NCBI GenBank assembly: GCA_964638485.1
Contig: CAZWYX010000001.1
Coordinates: forward strand, 20,752-65,238
DNA length: 44,487 bases
Source: an uncultured Planctomycetales bacterium
Lineage (GTDB): Bacteria; Omnitrophota; Gorgyraeia; Aquiviventales; CAZWYX01
Direction of reading: 5' to 3'
The notes beneath the pieces are model-generated. The model worked only from the letters and a program-made list of their open reading frames with translations, was not told the DNA's origin and did no database searches. The position numbers were made by a program, and so were the translations under genes. This document shows positions 24,371 through 33,291 of this stretch, one piece after another; positions within the stretch are counted from its first letter, which is position 1, and each line of letters opens with the position of its first letter.

Positions 24371-25641
24371 CGAACCGACGCCTTGGCGCGACCGCCCCTA
24401 CGGGCCGTCTGGCTGAAAAACTGTACCGCCTCCTCAATCGCCTCGGCTAAGGCGTCAATCTCCGCCTCGGTATTGTAGAGATAAAAGGACGCGCGCGCCG
24501 TCGCTGGCACACCGAGCCGTCGCATCAGGGGCTGGGCGCAATGATGTCCGGCACGAACGGCCACGCCAGAACGATCGAGCGCGGTACCCAAGTCATGCGG
24601 ATGAAGGTCGCCCACATTAAAGGAAATGACACCGGTCCGCTGCGTTGCTGTAGGCGGGCCATAGAGTGTGATGCCAGAAAGGCGCGAGAGCGTCTCAAGG
24701 CCATACGTCACCAGTCGCTCTTCGTGCGCGCGCACAGCGTCTAAGCCGATGTCCTCGAGATACGTGAGCGCGGCATCAAAGGCCACCACATCACCAATGT
24801 TCGGTGTGCCCGCTTCATATTTCCACGGCAGCTCATTCCACGTGGCGCCTTCGAGGGTGACTTTGCTGATCATCTCGCCGCCGCCGAGGAACGGATCCAT
24901 CGTCTCGAGAATCGCTTTGCGCGCATAGAGGACGCCCACACCCGTCGGCCCGAGCATCTTGTGCGCGGAAAAGGCGAGAAAATCGCAATCAAGCACCTGA
25001 ACGTCTACCGGAAAATGCGGCACACTCTGCGCCCCATCCACAAGGACGAGGGCCCCTTGTGCATGCGCCTCGCGGACGATCTCTGGCATCGGATTGATCG
25101 TCCCGAGCACATTGGAGGCCTGCGTCACCGAGACGAGTTTGGTTTTCTTCGTCACCAGTCGTCGCAACTGATCCATCCGTAACTGGCCCTGTGTGTCAAT
25201 ATCTACAAATTTGAGGACGACGCCGGTGGCTTTCGCGAGGAGAAACCAGGGAACTAAGTTAGAATGGTGCTCCATCACGGTCAAGAGGATTTCATCGCCT
25301 CTCGTCAGGAATTTCCTCGCCCACGCATGCGCGACTAGATTGATGGCCTCCGTTGCATTGCGCGTAAAAATGATCTGCGCAGGATCATGCTGGGGTACGT
25401 TGAGAAAACGCGCGACGTGCTCACGGGTGCATTCATACTTGGCTGTGGACTCTTCCGCGAGCAGGTGGAGTCCGCGATGGATGTTGGCATTGGTGGTCTC
25501 GTAGAACTCGCGCAACGCTGCAATCACCACCCGCGGCTTTTGGGTCGTGGCCGCATTGTCGAGATAGACGAGCGGCCGCCCATGCACCTGGCGGCTCAAA
25601 ATGGGAAACTCGCGGCGAATCGCTGCGACGTCAAGCATCAT
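24367..25641 (-). CDS. sufS: cysteine desulfurase SufS
   Basis: 424 aa. SAHKMLGPTG (PLP lysine) and RAGHHCAQP active-site loop. Confidence 0.92.
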   Translation of the reverse strand: MMLDVAAIRREFPILSRQVHGRPLVYLDNAATTQKPRVVIAALREFYETTNANIHRGLHLLAEESTAKYECTREHVARFLNVPQHDPAQIIFTRNATEAINLVAHAWARKFLTRGDEILLTVMEHHSNLVPWFLLAKATGVVLKFVDIDTQGQLRMDQLRRLVTKKTKLVSVTQASNVLGTINPMPEIVREAHAQGALVLVDGAQSVPHFPVDVQVLDCDFLAFSAHKMLGPTGVGVLYARKAILETMDPFLGGGEMISKVTLEGATWNELPWKYEAGTPNIGDVVAFDAALTYLEDIGLDAVRAHEERLVTYGLETLSRLSGITLYGPPTATQRTGVISFNVGDLHPHDLGTALDRSGVAVRAGHHCAQPLMRRLGVPATARASFYLYNTEAEIDALAEAIEEAVQFFSQTARRGGRAKASVR

Positions 25642-25947
25642 CTAGACCTCGATGAGCAGAGACTGCCCGTGCACCGTAACGGTGTACGTCGGCACAGGCC
25701 TGATGGCCGGGAAGCAGACGACGTGGCCTGTCCGTACATCAAAGCGCGCTCCATGTCGTGGGCATTCCACTTCATAACCCTCGAGTCGTCCCTCGCCCAA
25801 CGGCCCGTTGTCGTGCGTGCACACATCGCCGATCGCGTAGAACTGTCCTGCCACATGACACACGAGGATCCGTTGATCATTGACCGTTACCGTCTTCGTG
25901 TGGCCGGCTGGCAGTGCTGCAAGGGGTACCTGCGCCTGTGGCATCAC
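25642..25947 (-). CDS. Rieske [2Fe-2S] ferredoxin-like protein
   Basis: 101 aa. CTHDNGPL...CPRHGARF (CxH...CxxH). Confidence 0.85.
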   Translation of the reverse strand: MMPQAQVPLAALPAGHTKTVTVNDQRILVCHVAGQFYAIGDVCTHDNGPLGEGRLEGYEVECPRHGARFDVRTGHVVCFPAIRPVPTYTVTVHGQSLLIEV

Positions 25948-27185
25948 ACCTCCACACGCTCAAGCAGATCCAGCGTGCCGACGCTTGCAATCAAGCGCCG
26001 ACTGAACTGCTCGCGGACCACTGGATGTCTCACGCGATCGAGGACACCGTCGAGAAAACCGTACACCAACATCGTCTGCGCGATCTCCGGTGGAATCCCG
26101 CGCGAGCGCATGTAGAAGAGCTGCTGCTGATCCACCGGCCCGACGCTAGCCCCATGTGTACAGCGCACATCATCCGCCTCAATCTCTAATACGGGCGTGG
26201 TCTCCGCTTTCGCGTGCTCACCCAATAAGAGATTGCGGTCTGCCTGATACGCGGCACACTTCTGCGCCTTGGGATGAATGCGAATCAGACCGTAGTAGGT
26301 ACCATAGGCGCTGTCGTGCAAGGCGGATTTCAACAGCAAATCGCTCGTCGTGTGCGCCGCAGGATGGTCCTGAAGGCTGACTACATGACACTGTTGTATG
26401 CCCCGCCCGACACGCACACCCAAGAGCTCGATGTGCGCCCCAGATCCTTCAGCGATGGATTCGAGTTGGAACCGCGAGCACTGACCTCCTGTCGAGAGCA
26501 AGACCAATTGGACGTGGGCGTCACGGGCCGCCAGCAACCGTTGGACACTCACGTGGTTGACCTGCGAGCCCAACTGGTGATGCGTCGCATAGGTCACGTG
26601 TGCGCCACTCTCAGCGATCACTTCAACCGCAGCCACGCTGACGGCGGCTCCCTCGCTGACTGAGGTGTACTCATCCAGGATGGCGACGTGGCTCCCCTCC
26701 TCTGCGATCACCAGCACGTGCGGACAGTAGGCGCGCTCTGCGTCGGCGTAGTGCCAGTGAATCGCGATGGGTTGTTCCACGATGACACCACGCGGCACGC
26801 GCACGATGACACCGCCGTTCATGTGCGCGGCGTGCAAGGCCTGGAGCTTGCCGTCTGCCGGACGGATCACGCGCTGCATCAGGGAGCTTTGCACCAGCGC
26901 TGGCTGCTGGGTCAACGCCTCCTCGAGCGAGAGGGCGAGTACCTGCGGGGACGTCTGCGGCACTACGATCGCTGGACGGAGGCGCGACGCTGCACTAAAC
27001 CGTCCCAGCTGGAATGTCTCTGGCCTAGCCATCCGCCACGTCTCGTCATGTGCCGGCGGCCAGTCCAACTGACGAAAGGTCTCCCACGCCTGTGTGCGAA
27101 ACGCCTTCCACCACGCTGGCTCGTTGTGGCTCGTCGGTGGCAGCTGGAGAATGGACATCGTGTCCTCGAGAGCTGTGGTCGTCAC
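25944..27185 (-). CDS. sufD: Fe-S cluster assembly protein SufD
   Basis: 413 aa. SufB/D beta-helix C-terminal region (CTHGASVGPVDQQQLFYMRSRGI). Confidence 0.88.
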   Translation of the reverse strand: MTTTALEDTMSILQLPPTSHNEPAWWKAFRTQAWETFRQLDWPPAHDETWRMARPETFQLGRFSAASRLRPAIVVPQTSPQVLALSLEEALTQQPALVQSSLMQRVIRPADGKLQALHAAHMNGGVIVRVPRGVIVEQPIAIHWHYADAERAYCPHVLVIAEEGSHVAILDEYTSVSEGAAVSVAAVEVIAESGAHVTYATHHQLGSQVNHVSVQRLLAARDAHVQLVLLSTGGQCSRFQLESIAEGSGAHIELLGVRVGRGIQQCHVVSLQDHPAAHTTSDLLLKSALHDSAYGTYYGLIRIHPKAQKCAAYQADRNLLLGEHAKAETTPVLEIEADDVRCTHGASVGPVDQQQLFYMRSRGIPPEIAQTMLVYGFLDGVLDRVRHPVVREQFSRRLIASVGTLDLLERVEV

Positions 27186-27217
27186 GCGGCGCCTCGTGGT
27201 GGACGGGCGATGCGGAA

Positions 27218-28621
27218 TTAGCCGAGCGAGCCGTCGAGCTGGAGTTCAATCAAGCGATTCATCTCGACCGCATACTCCATGGGCAGTTGGCGGGCCAGTG
27301 GCTCGATGAAGCCGTTGACGATCATCTTCATCGCCTCCGGCTCACTGATGCCTCGGCTCATGAGATAGAAGATCTGCTCGTCGCTGACTTTGCTCACCGT
27401 GGCTTCGTGGCCGATCTCGACGCGCTCCTCATCAATCTGCATGACGGGATACGTATCCGAGCGCGACTCGGGATCGAGCAATAGGGCATCGCAGCGCACG
27501 GTGGATTTGACCCCCTCGCAGTCCGGATAGACTTTGACGAGTCCTCGGTAACTGGTGCGCCCCCCATGTTGGCTGACGGACTTCGAGAGAATCGTCGAGG
27601 TCGTGTGCGGTGCGCCGTGCACCACTTTGCCACCCGCATCTTGGTGCTGTCCACGACCGGCAAACGCCACCGAGGTGATCTCCCCCTTCGCGCCCGGCTC
27701 GACCATGTAGACCGAGGGATATTTCATCGTCAGCTTCGAGCCCAAGTTGGCATCAAGCCAGAACATCGTCGCGTCGCGATACGCGACCGCCCGCTTCGTG
27801 ACCAAGTTGAATACGTTCGTGGACCAGTTCTGGATCGTGGTGTACTGCACCTTCGCCCCTTCCTTGACGATGATCTCGACGACCGCACTGTGGAGTGAGT
27901 CGGTGCTGTAGATGGGCGCGGTGCAGCCCTCGACGTAGTGCACAGAGCTCCCTTTGTCTGCGATGATGAGGGTGCGCTCGAACTGGCCCATGCTCTCGGA
28001 GTTGATGCGAAAGTACGCCTGCAAGGGCAACTCGACGTGGACGTTCGGCGGCACGTAGATGAAACTCCCACCACTCCACACCGCTGAGTTGAGGGCAGCA
28101 AACTTGTTGTCCATCGGCGGGATGATTTTTCCAAAGTACTCTCTGAAGAGCGCCTCATGCTCGCGCAACCCGGAGTCGGCATCCATAAAGATCACGCCTT
28201 GCTTCGCGAGATCTTCGCGCACGTTGTGGTACGCGACTTCTGAATCGTACTGGGCGCCAGTGCCAGCCAGGTACTTCTGCTCGGCTGCAGGGATGCCCAA
28301 TTTGTCAAATGTGCGCTTGATGTAGTCGGGGACATCTTCCCAATTGCGCTCAGGTCGCTCAGACGCCCGAACGAAGTAGTGAATGTTTTGAAAGTCGAGG
28401 GTGTCCAGCAAACCACCCCCACCCCACTTGGGCATCGGCTTGTTCTCGAAGATCGCCAGCGCCTTCAGCCGAAAGTCGCGCATCCACTGCGGCTCCTGCT
28501 TCAGCTCTGAGATCTGCTCAATGACCCGGTGACTGAGCCCCTTGGGCAGCTTGAAGAGCGCTGCCTCATCGTCGTGAAAGCCGTACTGGTAGTCCCCTTT
28601 GCTGATCGTGGGTTGTCGCAT
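27218..28621 (-). CDS. sufB: Fe-S cluster assembly protein SufB
   Basis: 467 aa. [30 protein letters not shown], and [21 protein letters not shown]. Confidence 0.95.
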   Translation of the reverse strand: MRQPTISKGDYQYGFHDDEAALFKLPKGLSHRVIEQISELKQEPQWMRDFRLKALAIFENKPMPKWGGGGLLDTLDFQNIHYFVRASERPERNWEDVPDYIKRTFDKLGIPAAEQKYLAGTGAQYDSEVAYHNVREDLAKQGVIFMDADSGLREHEALFREYFGKIIPPMDNKFAALNSAVWSGGSFIYVPPNVHVELPLQAYFRINSESMGQFERTLIIADKGSSVHYVEGCTAPIYSTDSLHSAVVEIIVKEGAKVQYTTIQNWSTNVFNLVTKRAVAYRDATMFWLDANLGSKLTMKYPSVYMVEPGAKGEITSVAFAGRGQHQDAGGKVVHGAPHTTSTILSKSVSQHGGRTSYRGLVKVYPDCEGVKSTVRCDALLLDPESRSDTYPVMQIDEERVEIGHEATVSKVSDEQIFYLMSRGISEPEAMKMIVNGFIEPLARQLPMEYAVEMNRLIELQLDGSLG

Positions 28622-29391
28622 CAGATGACCTCCGCTGCCTGCTTAAGTTCTGGTGTGAACTTCTCGTACCCTCCGGCCTCGAGCTGTTGAGCCAACTCCC
28701 GGCCACCGCTACGCACGATGCGTCCTCCGATCAACACATGCACCTGGTCGGGGATGATGTAGTTGAGCATGCGCTGGTAGTGGGTGATGAGCAGGATCCC
28801 GAGGTCGGGGCCGCGGAGCCGATTAATCCCGTCGGCGACGACTTTCAAGGCATCAATGTCGAGCCCAGAATCCGTCTCGTCTAAAATCGCGATCTTGGGT
28901 TTGAGCATCCCGAGCTGTAAAATTTCGATCCGCTTCTTCTCCCCACCAGAAAAGCCATCGTTGATGTAGCGCTTGATAAACGACTCTTCGATTTTGAGTC
29001 GCTGCATCTGCGCTTTGAGCTCCTGGCGAAATTCCCGCACCGGCACATCGCCGCCGCGCAACGCTTTCAGCGACGCGCGGAGAAAGTTCGCCAGATTCAC
29101 TCCAGGAATGGCCGTCGGATACTGAAAACCGAGGAACAATCCTAACTGCGCCCGTTTGTCCGGGGAGAGTGCCAGCACATTCTGGTCATCGAGCCACGCC
29201 TGGCCGTGCGTCACGGTGTAGTTCGGATGGCCCATCAGTGCATACGCCAACGTGCTTTTCCCTGAGCCGTTCGGCCCCATGAGGGCATGCACCTCGCCGG
29301 CGCGCACGGTGAGCGTAATCCCATCGAGGATCGTCTTGCCTTCGACACGCACATGGAGATCGTCAATCCGCAGCACCGCCATGTCAGGCAC
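28621..29391 (-). CDS. sufC: Fe-S cluster assembly ATPase SufC
   Basis: 256 aa. Walker [10 protein letters not shown], signature FSGGEKKR, Walker [11 protein letters not shown]. Confidence 0.95.
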   Translation of the reverse strand: MPDMAVLRIDDLHVRVEGKTILDGITLTVRAGEVHALMGPNGSGKSTLAYALMGHPNYTVTHGQAWLDDQNVLALSPDKRAQLGLFLGFQYPTAIPGVNLANFLRASLKALRGGDVPVREFRQELKAQMQRLKIEESFIKRYINDGFSGGEKKRIEILQLGMLKPKIAILDETDSGLDIDALKVVADGINRLRGPDLGILLITHYQRMLNYIIPDQVHVLIGGRIVRSGGRELAQQLEAGGYEKFTPELKQAAEVI

Positions 29392-29857
29392 TCCTCGTGG
29401 CCGTCACGACTTCCCACCGCGCAACCATTTGTTGCGCGACGACTCCCTCGTCATGCAAGAGGTCTTTCAGGCTCGTGCGCGCCATGATGCGATCGAGCTC
29501 CCGCGTCAAAAACGACCACACCGGACGAATGCCGCAGTTGCCCGTGTGGACGCAGGCCTCGCGCAGACCGGTAAAGCGACCACAAAACTGCTCCGAGTAG
29601 AGCGGCCCGCCAAAGACGGCGAAGACCTCGCGCAGGCTGATGTGCTCCGCTGGCTTCGCCAAGAGAAATCCGCCGTGCACACCCCGCATGCTGTGGATCA
29701 ACCCACGCTCCCGCACCTGCGACAGGATTTTCTCCACATACGGCGTGGAGAGCCCTTCGGCTTCAGCGATTTCGCGGGCGGTCAGCGGCTCGCCGCCTGG
29801 CTGGCGCGCCAGTTGCAACAGGCACCGCACCCCATATTCTTGCAGGGCACTTAACAT
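29384..29857 (-). CDS. Rrf2-family transcriptional regulator (IscR/SufR-like role inferred)
   Basis: 157 aa. N-terminal wHTH (YGVRCLLQLARQP...TAREIAEAEGLS.PYVEKIL). First gene of the suf operon. Confidence 0.85.
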   Translation of the reverse strand: MLSALQEYGVRCLLQLARQPGGEPLTAREIAEAEGLSTPYVEKILSQVRERGLIHSMRGVHGGFLLAKPAEHISLREVFAVFGGPLYSEQFCGRFTGLREACVHTGNCGIRPVWSFLTRELDRIMARTSLKDLLHDEGVVAQQMVARWEVVTATRSA

Positions 29858-29890
29858 GGCTTACTCCCTCGGTTACTTACCCCTATTACA

Positions 29891-29919
29891 AGCTTAGCAA
29901 AATATGACTTTTTTGTCAA
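29891..29919 (-). promoter_or_regulatory. candidate suf operon promoter TTGACA-17-TAAGCT in an AT-rich spacer
   Basis: Perfect -35 TTGACA (29919-29914), 17-nt spacer, -10 TAAGCT (29896-29891). GAGGGAG RBS before the Rrf2 ATG. Confidence 0.5.
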
Positions 29920-29965
29920 GTTTTAATTAAAAATAATATAACATACTGTATTCATTGTAGTTCTG

Positions 29966-30715
29966 TTAATTAAATAAGCCCTTGAAGGCATCAATCACTT
30001 CTTGGAAGACGCCACCGACCGACTCAGTCCCTTCCTGTAACATCAGGCCGAGATCTTGTTGGAGGCCTTGCAAATGCACATCCGCCAACCGTCCCACGGC
30101 GGTTCTCCCGACGGTATCGAAGATCAACATCGTCACGACAAACTCTGGGCGGGTGACATTGCGGAATTGGCGTGTGCGGTTAATCGGAAATTCCTGCACC
30201 TTCGGCGGGTTGCCCTGCGTGTAGTCCTTGTAGACCACCTTGCCGATCGCGTATTCGAGGAGATCAACCTGAAACGGCGGGGCTTTGCCTGTGGCTGGCT
30301 TCGGCGCTGTTTTGTGTTGACCGCTTTCCTTGACGGGCTTCAACGCATTGATGTTCACCTCGCCCTTGGCATTCTTGATCACGATCACCTCATTGACGTG
30401 CATTTTCACCACTTCCAAGTGGACTTTCCCTCTGAGCAGGTCACGCGCCTTCACATCAATCGCGATCTGCGGTGCATCCAGCATGATCTCTTCATGAAAG
30501 CCCCAGGGGTTGCGGAGCTTGAGCCCCTGAATGCTCACCGCCGCCGTCGTCAGCCCGATGTGCATCCGCTGGATGGAAAGTCCCACTCCCGTCGTGGCCT
30601 TGATCCCCCGCTCCAGCACAACCTTGATGATGGTGTTGCGCAGTATCACGATGCTGCCCAGGCCCACGACGCCCACCGCGCAGAGGATGAGGACGATCGT
30701 TCCCAGTTTCTTCAT
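29966..30715 (-). CDS. N-terminally anchored hypothetical protein (weak AsmA-like N-terminal resemblance)
   Basis: 249 aa. TM GTIVLILCAVGVVGLGSIVIL, then a beta-rich region. GC content is noticeably lower than in neighbouring genes. Confidence 0.35.
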   Translation of the reverse strand: MKKLGTIVLILCAVGVVGLGSIVILRNTIIKVVLERGIKATTGVGLSIQRMHIGLTTAAVSIQGLKLRNPWGFHEEIMLDAPQIAIDVKARDLLRGKVHLEVVKMHVNEVIVIKNAKGEVNINALKPVKESGQHKTAPKPATGKAPPFQVDLLEYAIGKVVYKDYTQGNPPKVQEFPINRTRQFRNVTRPEFVVTMLIFDTVGRTAVGRLADVHLQGLQQDLGLMLQEGTESVGGVFQEVIDAFKGLFN

Positions 30716-30730
30716 CAGCGACTCCTTCGG

Positions 30731-31582
30731 TTACTGGCGTGGCACATGCTCCCAGGCATGGTAGGAACTGCGCACCAACGGCCCGGCCTCGACGTGGCGA
30801 AAGCCATAGCGCAGGGCGACCGCTCGCAACGTGGCAAACTCATCAGGCGGCACATACCGTTCCACCGGCAGTTGCTGAAGCGAGGGCCGCAGGTACTGCC
30901 CCATGGTGAGCACTTCGCAGTCCACGGCCTGTAAATCCGTAAACACCGCGGTTAGCTCCGCGGTCGTTTCTCCCAATCCTACCATAAGGCCGGTCTTGGT
31001 GACAAGGTCTGACCGCCAACACTTGCCGAGCTCCAACACGCGCAGCGACCGCTCGTACACTGCGCCAGGACGCACGCGCGTGTAGAGCCGCGGCACCGTC
31101 TCCAGGTTATGGTCGAGCACGTCAATCGGCGCATCCACGACGAGACGCAGGGCATCTTTGTCCCCGCGGAAATCGGGGATCAACACCTCCACACGGCAGG
31201 CCGGCGTCAGGCGCTTAATCGCTTCTGCCGTCGCGGCGAAATGCGCTGCTCCACCGTCGGGGAGATCATCGCGCGCGACCGCAGTGACCACCACGTGCTG
31301 CAGTTGGAGCGCCTGTACCGCCTCAGCGAGGCGTCGTGGCTCATCCGAATCAAGCGGTTGCGGTCGGCCGTGGGCCACGGCACAAAACCGGCAACCGCGC
31401 GTGCAGGTGTCGCCGCCGAGCATAAAGGTGGCCGTCCCATGCGCCCAGCACTCGCGCACATTCGGGCATCGCGCCTCTTCGCAGACGGTGTGGAGGTTGA
31501 ACTCCTGTACGACCCGGCGCGTTTGAAAGAACTCGCCCGTTTCCGCCACCTGCACGCGAATCCAGTCTGGATGTCGTGTCAT
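30731..31582 (-). CDS. lipA: lipoyl synthase
   Basis: Start MTRHPDW at 31582 in an ATGA overlap with the upstream stop. CEEARCPNVRECW and CTRGCRFCAV radical-SAM/auxiliary cluster motifs. Confidence 0.93.
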   Translation of the reverse strand: MTRHPDWIRVQVAETGEFFQTRRVVQEFNLHTVCEEARCPNVRECWAHGTATFMLGGDTCTRGCRFCAVAHGRPQPLDSDEPRRLAEAVQALQLQHVVVTAVARDDLPDGGAAHFAATAEAIKRLTPACRVEVLIPDFRGDKDALRLVVDAPIDVLDHNLETVPRLYTRVRPGAVYERSLRVLELGKCWRSDLVTKTGLMVGLGETTAELTAVFTDLQAVDCEVLTMGQYLRPSLQQLPVERYVPPDEFATLRAVALRYGFRHVEAGPLVRSSYHAWEHVPRQ

Positions 31583-31968
31583 GGAGACAAGCAGGTTTCC
31601 GTGCGCAAATAGTCCAGCAGATCTTTCACAATGAGACGACCTTGACAATCGAGAAATCTCAGGGTGGGACGATTCTGTGGGCCAATGAACACGCGCAACC
31701 GTAGATACGGTGGCACACGAGAACTGGCCGTAGGCGCGAACGCATTCACGCGAAAATCAACCGCTAATGCTCCAGAGCGATCTACCGTCACAGTGGCCTG
31801 GGGATACTTCTTCAGAAACAGTCGTGCTTCTGTCGTCTCTTGGGCGATTTTGCGGTAGGCCTCGTCACTCAACATGGGCTCTGTCGTGAGCGACATCACT
31901 AAGAGCATACCGAGCACAACACTCGCGCCACCGATCGCGACGATCCACGGGAGGCGATGACGCGTCAT
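31579..31968 (-). CDS. membrane-anchored hypothetical protein
   Basis: Start MTRHRLPW at 31968. One TM (WIVAIGGASVVLGMLLVMSL). No recognisable domain. Confidence 0.45.
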   Translation of the reverse strand: MTRHRLPWIVAIGGASVVLGMLLVMSLTTEPMLSDEAYRKIAQETTEARLFLKKYPQATVTVDRSGALAVDFRVNAFAPTASSRVPPYLRLRVFIGPQNRPTLRFLDCQGRLIVKDLLDYLRTETCLSP

Positions 31969-31990
31969 GGTCTCTGCCTGGGGGCGATGC

Positions 31991-32275
31991 TCATGACGAA
32001 CGGAGCCAGCGGCGTTCAACGGCCGCGTAGACATCCTTGCGATGGCGCACGGCCCACACCGTCACGTGATTGCCCGTGATGTCATAGACGACGCGATAAT
32101 CGCCGACCCGCAGCTTCCAGAGCTCGGAAAGGGCCTGCCGTAATTTGACGCCGTAGTGGGTGGGCGCGGTGGTCAGGCGTTGTGCGATCGCTCGCAGGAT
32201 GCGCTCGCGAATGTTCCGCGGCAGCGCTTCGAGATCTTCCCACACGACCTCTCGAAACTCGACGTTGTAGGCCAC
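31991..32275 (-). CDS. RelE/ParE-family type II toxin
   Basis: 94 aa. LWKLRVGDYRVVYDITGNHVTVWAVRHRKDVY. Confidence 0.85.
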   Translation of the reverse strand: MAYNVEFREVVWEDLEALPRNIRERILRAIAQRLTTAPTHYGVKLRQALSELWKLRVGDYRVVYDITGNHVTVWAVRHRKDVYAAVERRWLRSS

Positions 32276-32281
32276 GGCCCG

Positions 32282-32518
32282 TTAGGCGCGTTGAAAATGC
32301 CGCTTCGTCTCAGCCAGCGAATAGGCTTTCTTGGAGCGCTTGCGCCGCTCTTCCACCAGCGCTTCCAGCGCGGCATCCTCCATCAGATCGAGCGCGCCGA
32401 GCAAGAGGTCGCGCACTTTCTGCGACAAGCTGACGTGATCGCGCTGCGCTAAGGTCTCCACCGCGGCATAGAGTGGCGGCTCCACGACGGCAGTCAGGCG
32501 AGGTTGGGTAGCTGGCAT
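32282..32518 (-). CDS. ribbon-helix-helix type II antitoxin
   Basis: 78 aa from MPATQPRLTAVVEPPLYAAVETLAQRDHVSLSQKVRDLL. The stop lies 6 nt before the toxin ATG. Only the last 79 codons of track ORF 32282-32929 are used. Confidence 0.75.
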   Translation of the reverse strand: MPATQPRLTAVVEPPLYAAVETLAQRDHVSLSQKVRDLLLGALDLMEDAALEALVEERRKRSKKAYSLAETKRHFQRA

Positions 32519-32574
32519 TGGAGTTCCTCCATGAGCTGAGTTGCACTTCCTATCATAAGTGTAGCACAAGTGCG

Positions 32575-33291
32575 TCAAATTGCAAGGGTGGTTTTGCCCT
32601 GTAAGAGGCTCCAGTACTGCGCAATGAGTCGTGCTACGTGGGAGAGCGTAGCCAGAACTCCCACCTGCGCAAGAGAGGTCATGCGGGTTGCTGGGTGGCG
32701 GCAGATGGTGATGCGATCGAAGGGCGCAAGGTCGCAGGAGACGTTCAGCGCGAAGCCGTGCCACACGACGCCGCGCGAGACCTGGATGCCGATGGAGGCG
32801 ACTTTGCGCTCCTCGACGTAGACGCCGCGCGTGGGGCCCTCGCAGTGCGCGTCCACGCCAAAGGTTCGTACCGTCGCCACGAGGACGTACTCGAGGCAAT
32901 CGAGATAGTCCGACACGCGCCAGCCCCACTCGCGCAGTCTCAGAATCGGGTACCCGACGAGTTGGCCTGGGCCATGGTACGTCGCCCCTCCGCCACGCCC
33001 GACACGGTAGATGGGCACGTCGCGTACGCCGCGCAGATCCTCAAGCGACGTACCGACGCCGAGCGTGTAGGTCGGCGGATGCTCACAGAGGATGAGGGTG
33101 TCTACCCCTTCCCCACGTTGCCGCTCGAGCACAATTTGTTGCTGCAAAGCAAGGACTTCCTCGTACGACCGCAAGCCTAGAGCAAGAGTATGCGCGGTTC
33201 GGGGTTCGGGGTTCGGGGTTCGGGTATCGCCAAGGTGTATCGGGTCTTGATACCCGATACCCGATACCCGATACCCGACGTCTTCCTTCAT
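32575..33291 (-). CDS. lipB: lipoyl(octanoyl) transferase
   Basis: 238 aa. LILCEHPPTYTLG, RGGGATYHGPGQLVGYP, and KVASIGIQVSRGVVWHGFALNV. The only in-frame ATG/GTG upstream of the conserved core is the ATG at 33291 (ATGA overlap with the lpdA stop), so the heptamer array is read as codons. Confidence 0.85.
   Translation of the reverse strand: MKEDVGYRVSGIGYQDPIHLGDTRTPNPEPRTAHTLALGLRSYEEVLALQQQIVLERQRGEGVDTLILCEHPPTYTLGVGTSLEDLRGVRDVPIYRVGRGGGATYHGPGQLVGYPILRLREWGWRVSDYLDCLEYVLVATVRTFGVDAHCEGPTRGVYVEERKVASIGIQVSRGVVWHGFALNVSCDLAPFDRITICRHPATRMTSLAQVGVLATLSHVARLIAQYWSLLQGKTTLAI
33194..33277. repeat. 12 in-phase heptamers forming an inverted arrangement, inside the predicted lipB N-terminus
   Basis: GCGGTTC GGGGTTC x3 GGGTATC GCCAAGG TGTATCG GGTCTTG ATACCCG x4. 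CGGGTATCG is complementary to CGATACCCG. Confidence 0.92.

Noticed and set aside
29880-29965. The AT-rich block as a foreign insertion or mobile-element scar.
   Set aside because: It is short, has no terminal repeats or coding capacity, and sits exactly where the suf promoter and operator are expected.
32519-32929. Upstream 137 codons of the 215-aa ORF 32282-32929.
   Set aside because: This part overlaps the conserved lipB 3' region in another frame and reads as an Arg/Pro-rich shadow translation. Only the last 78 codons (the RHH antitoxin with its own start) are credible.
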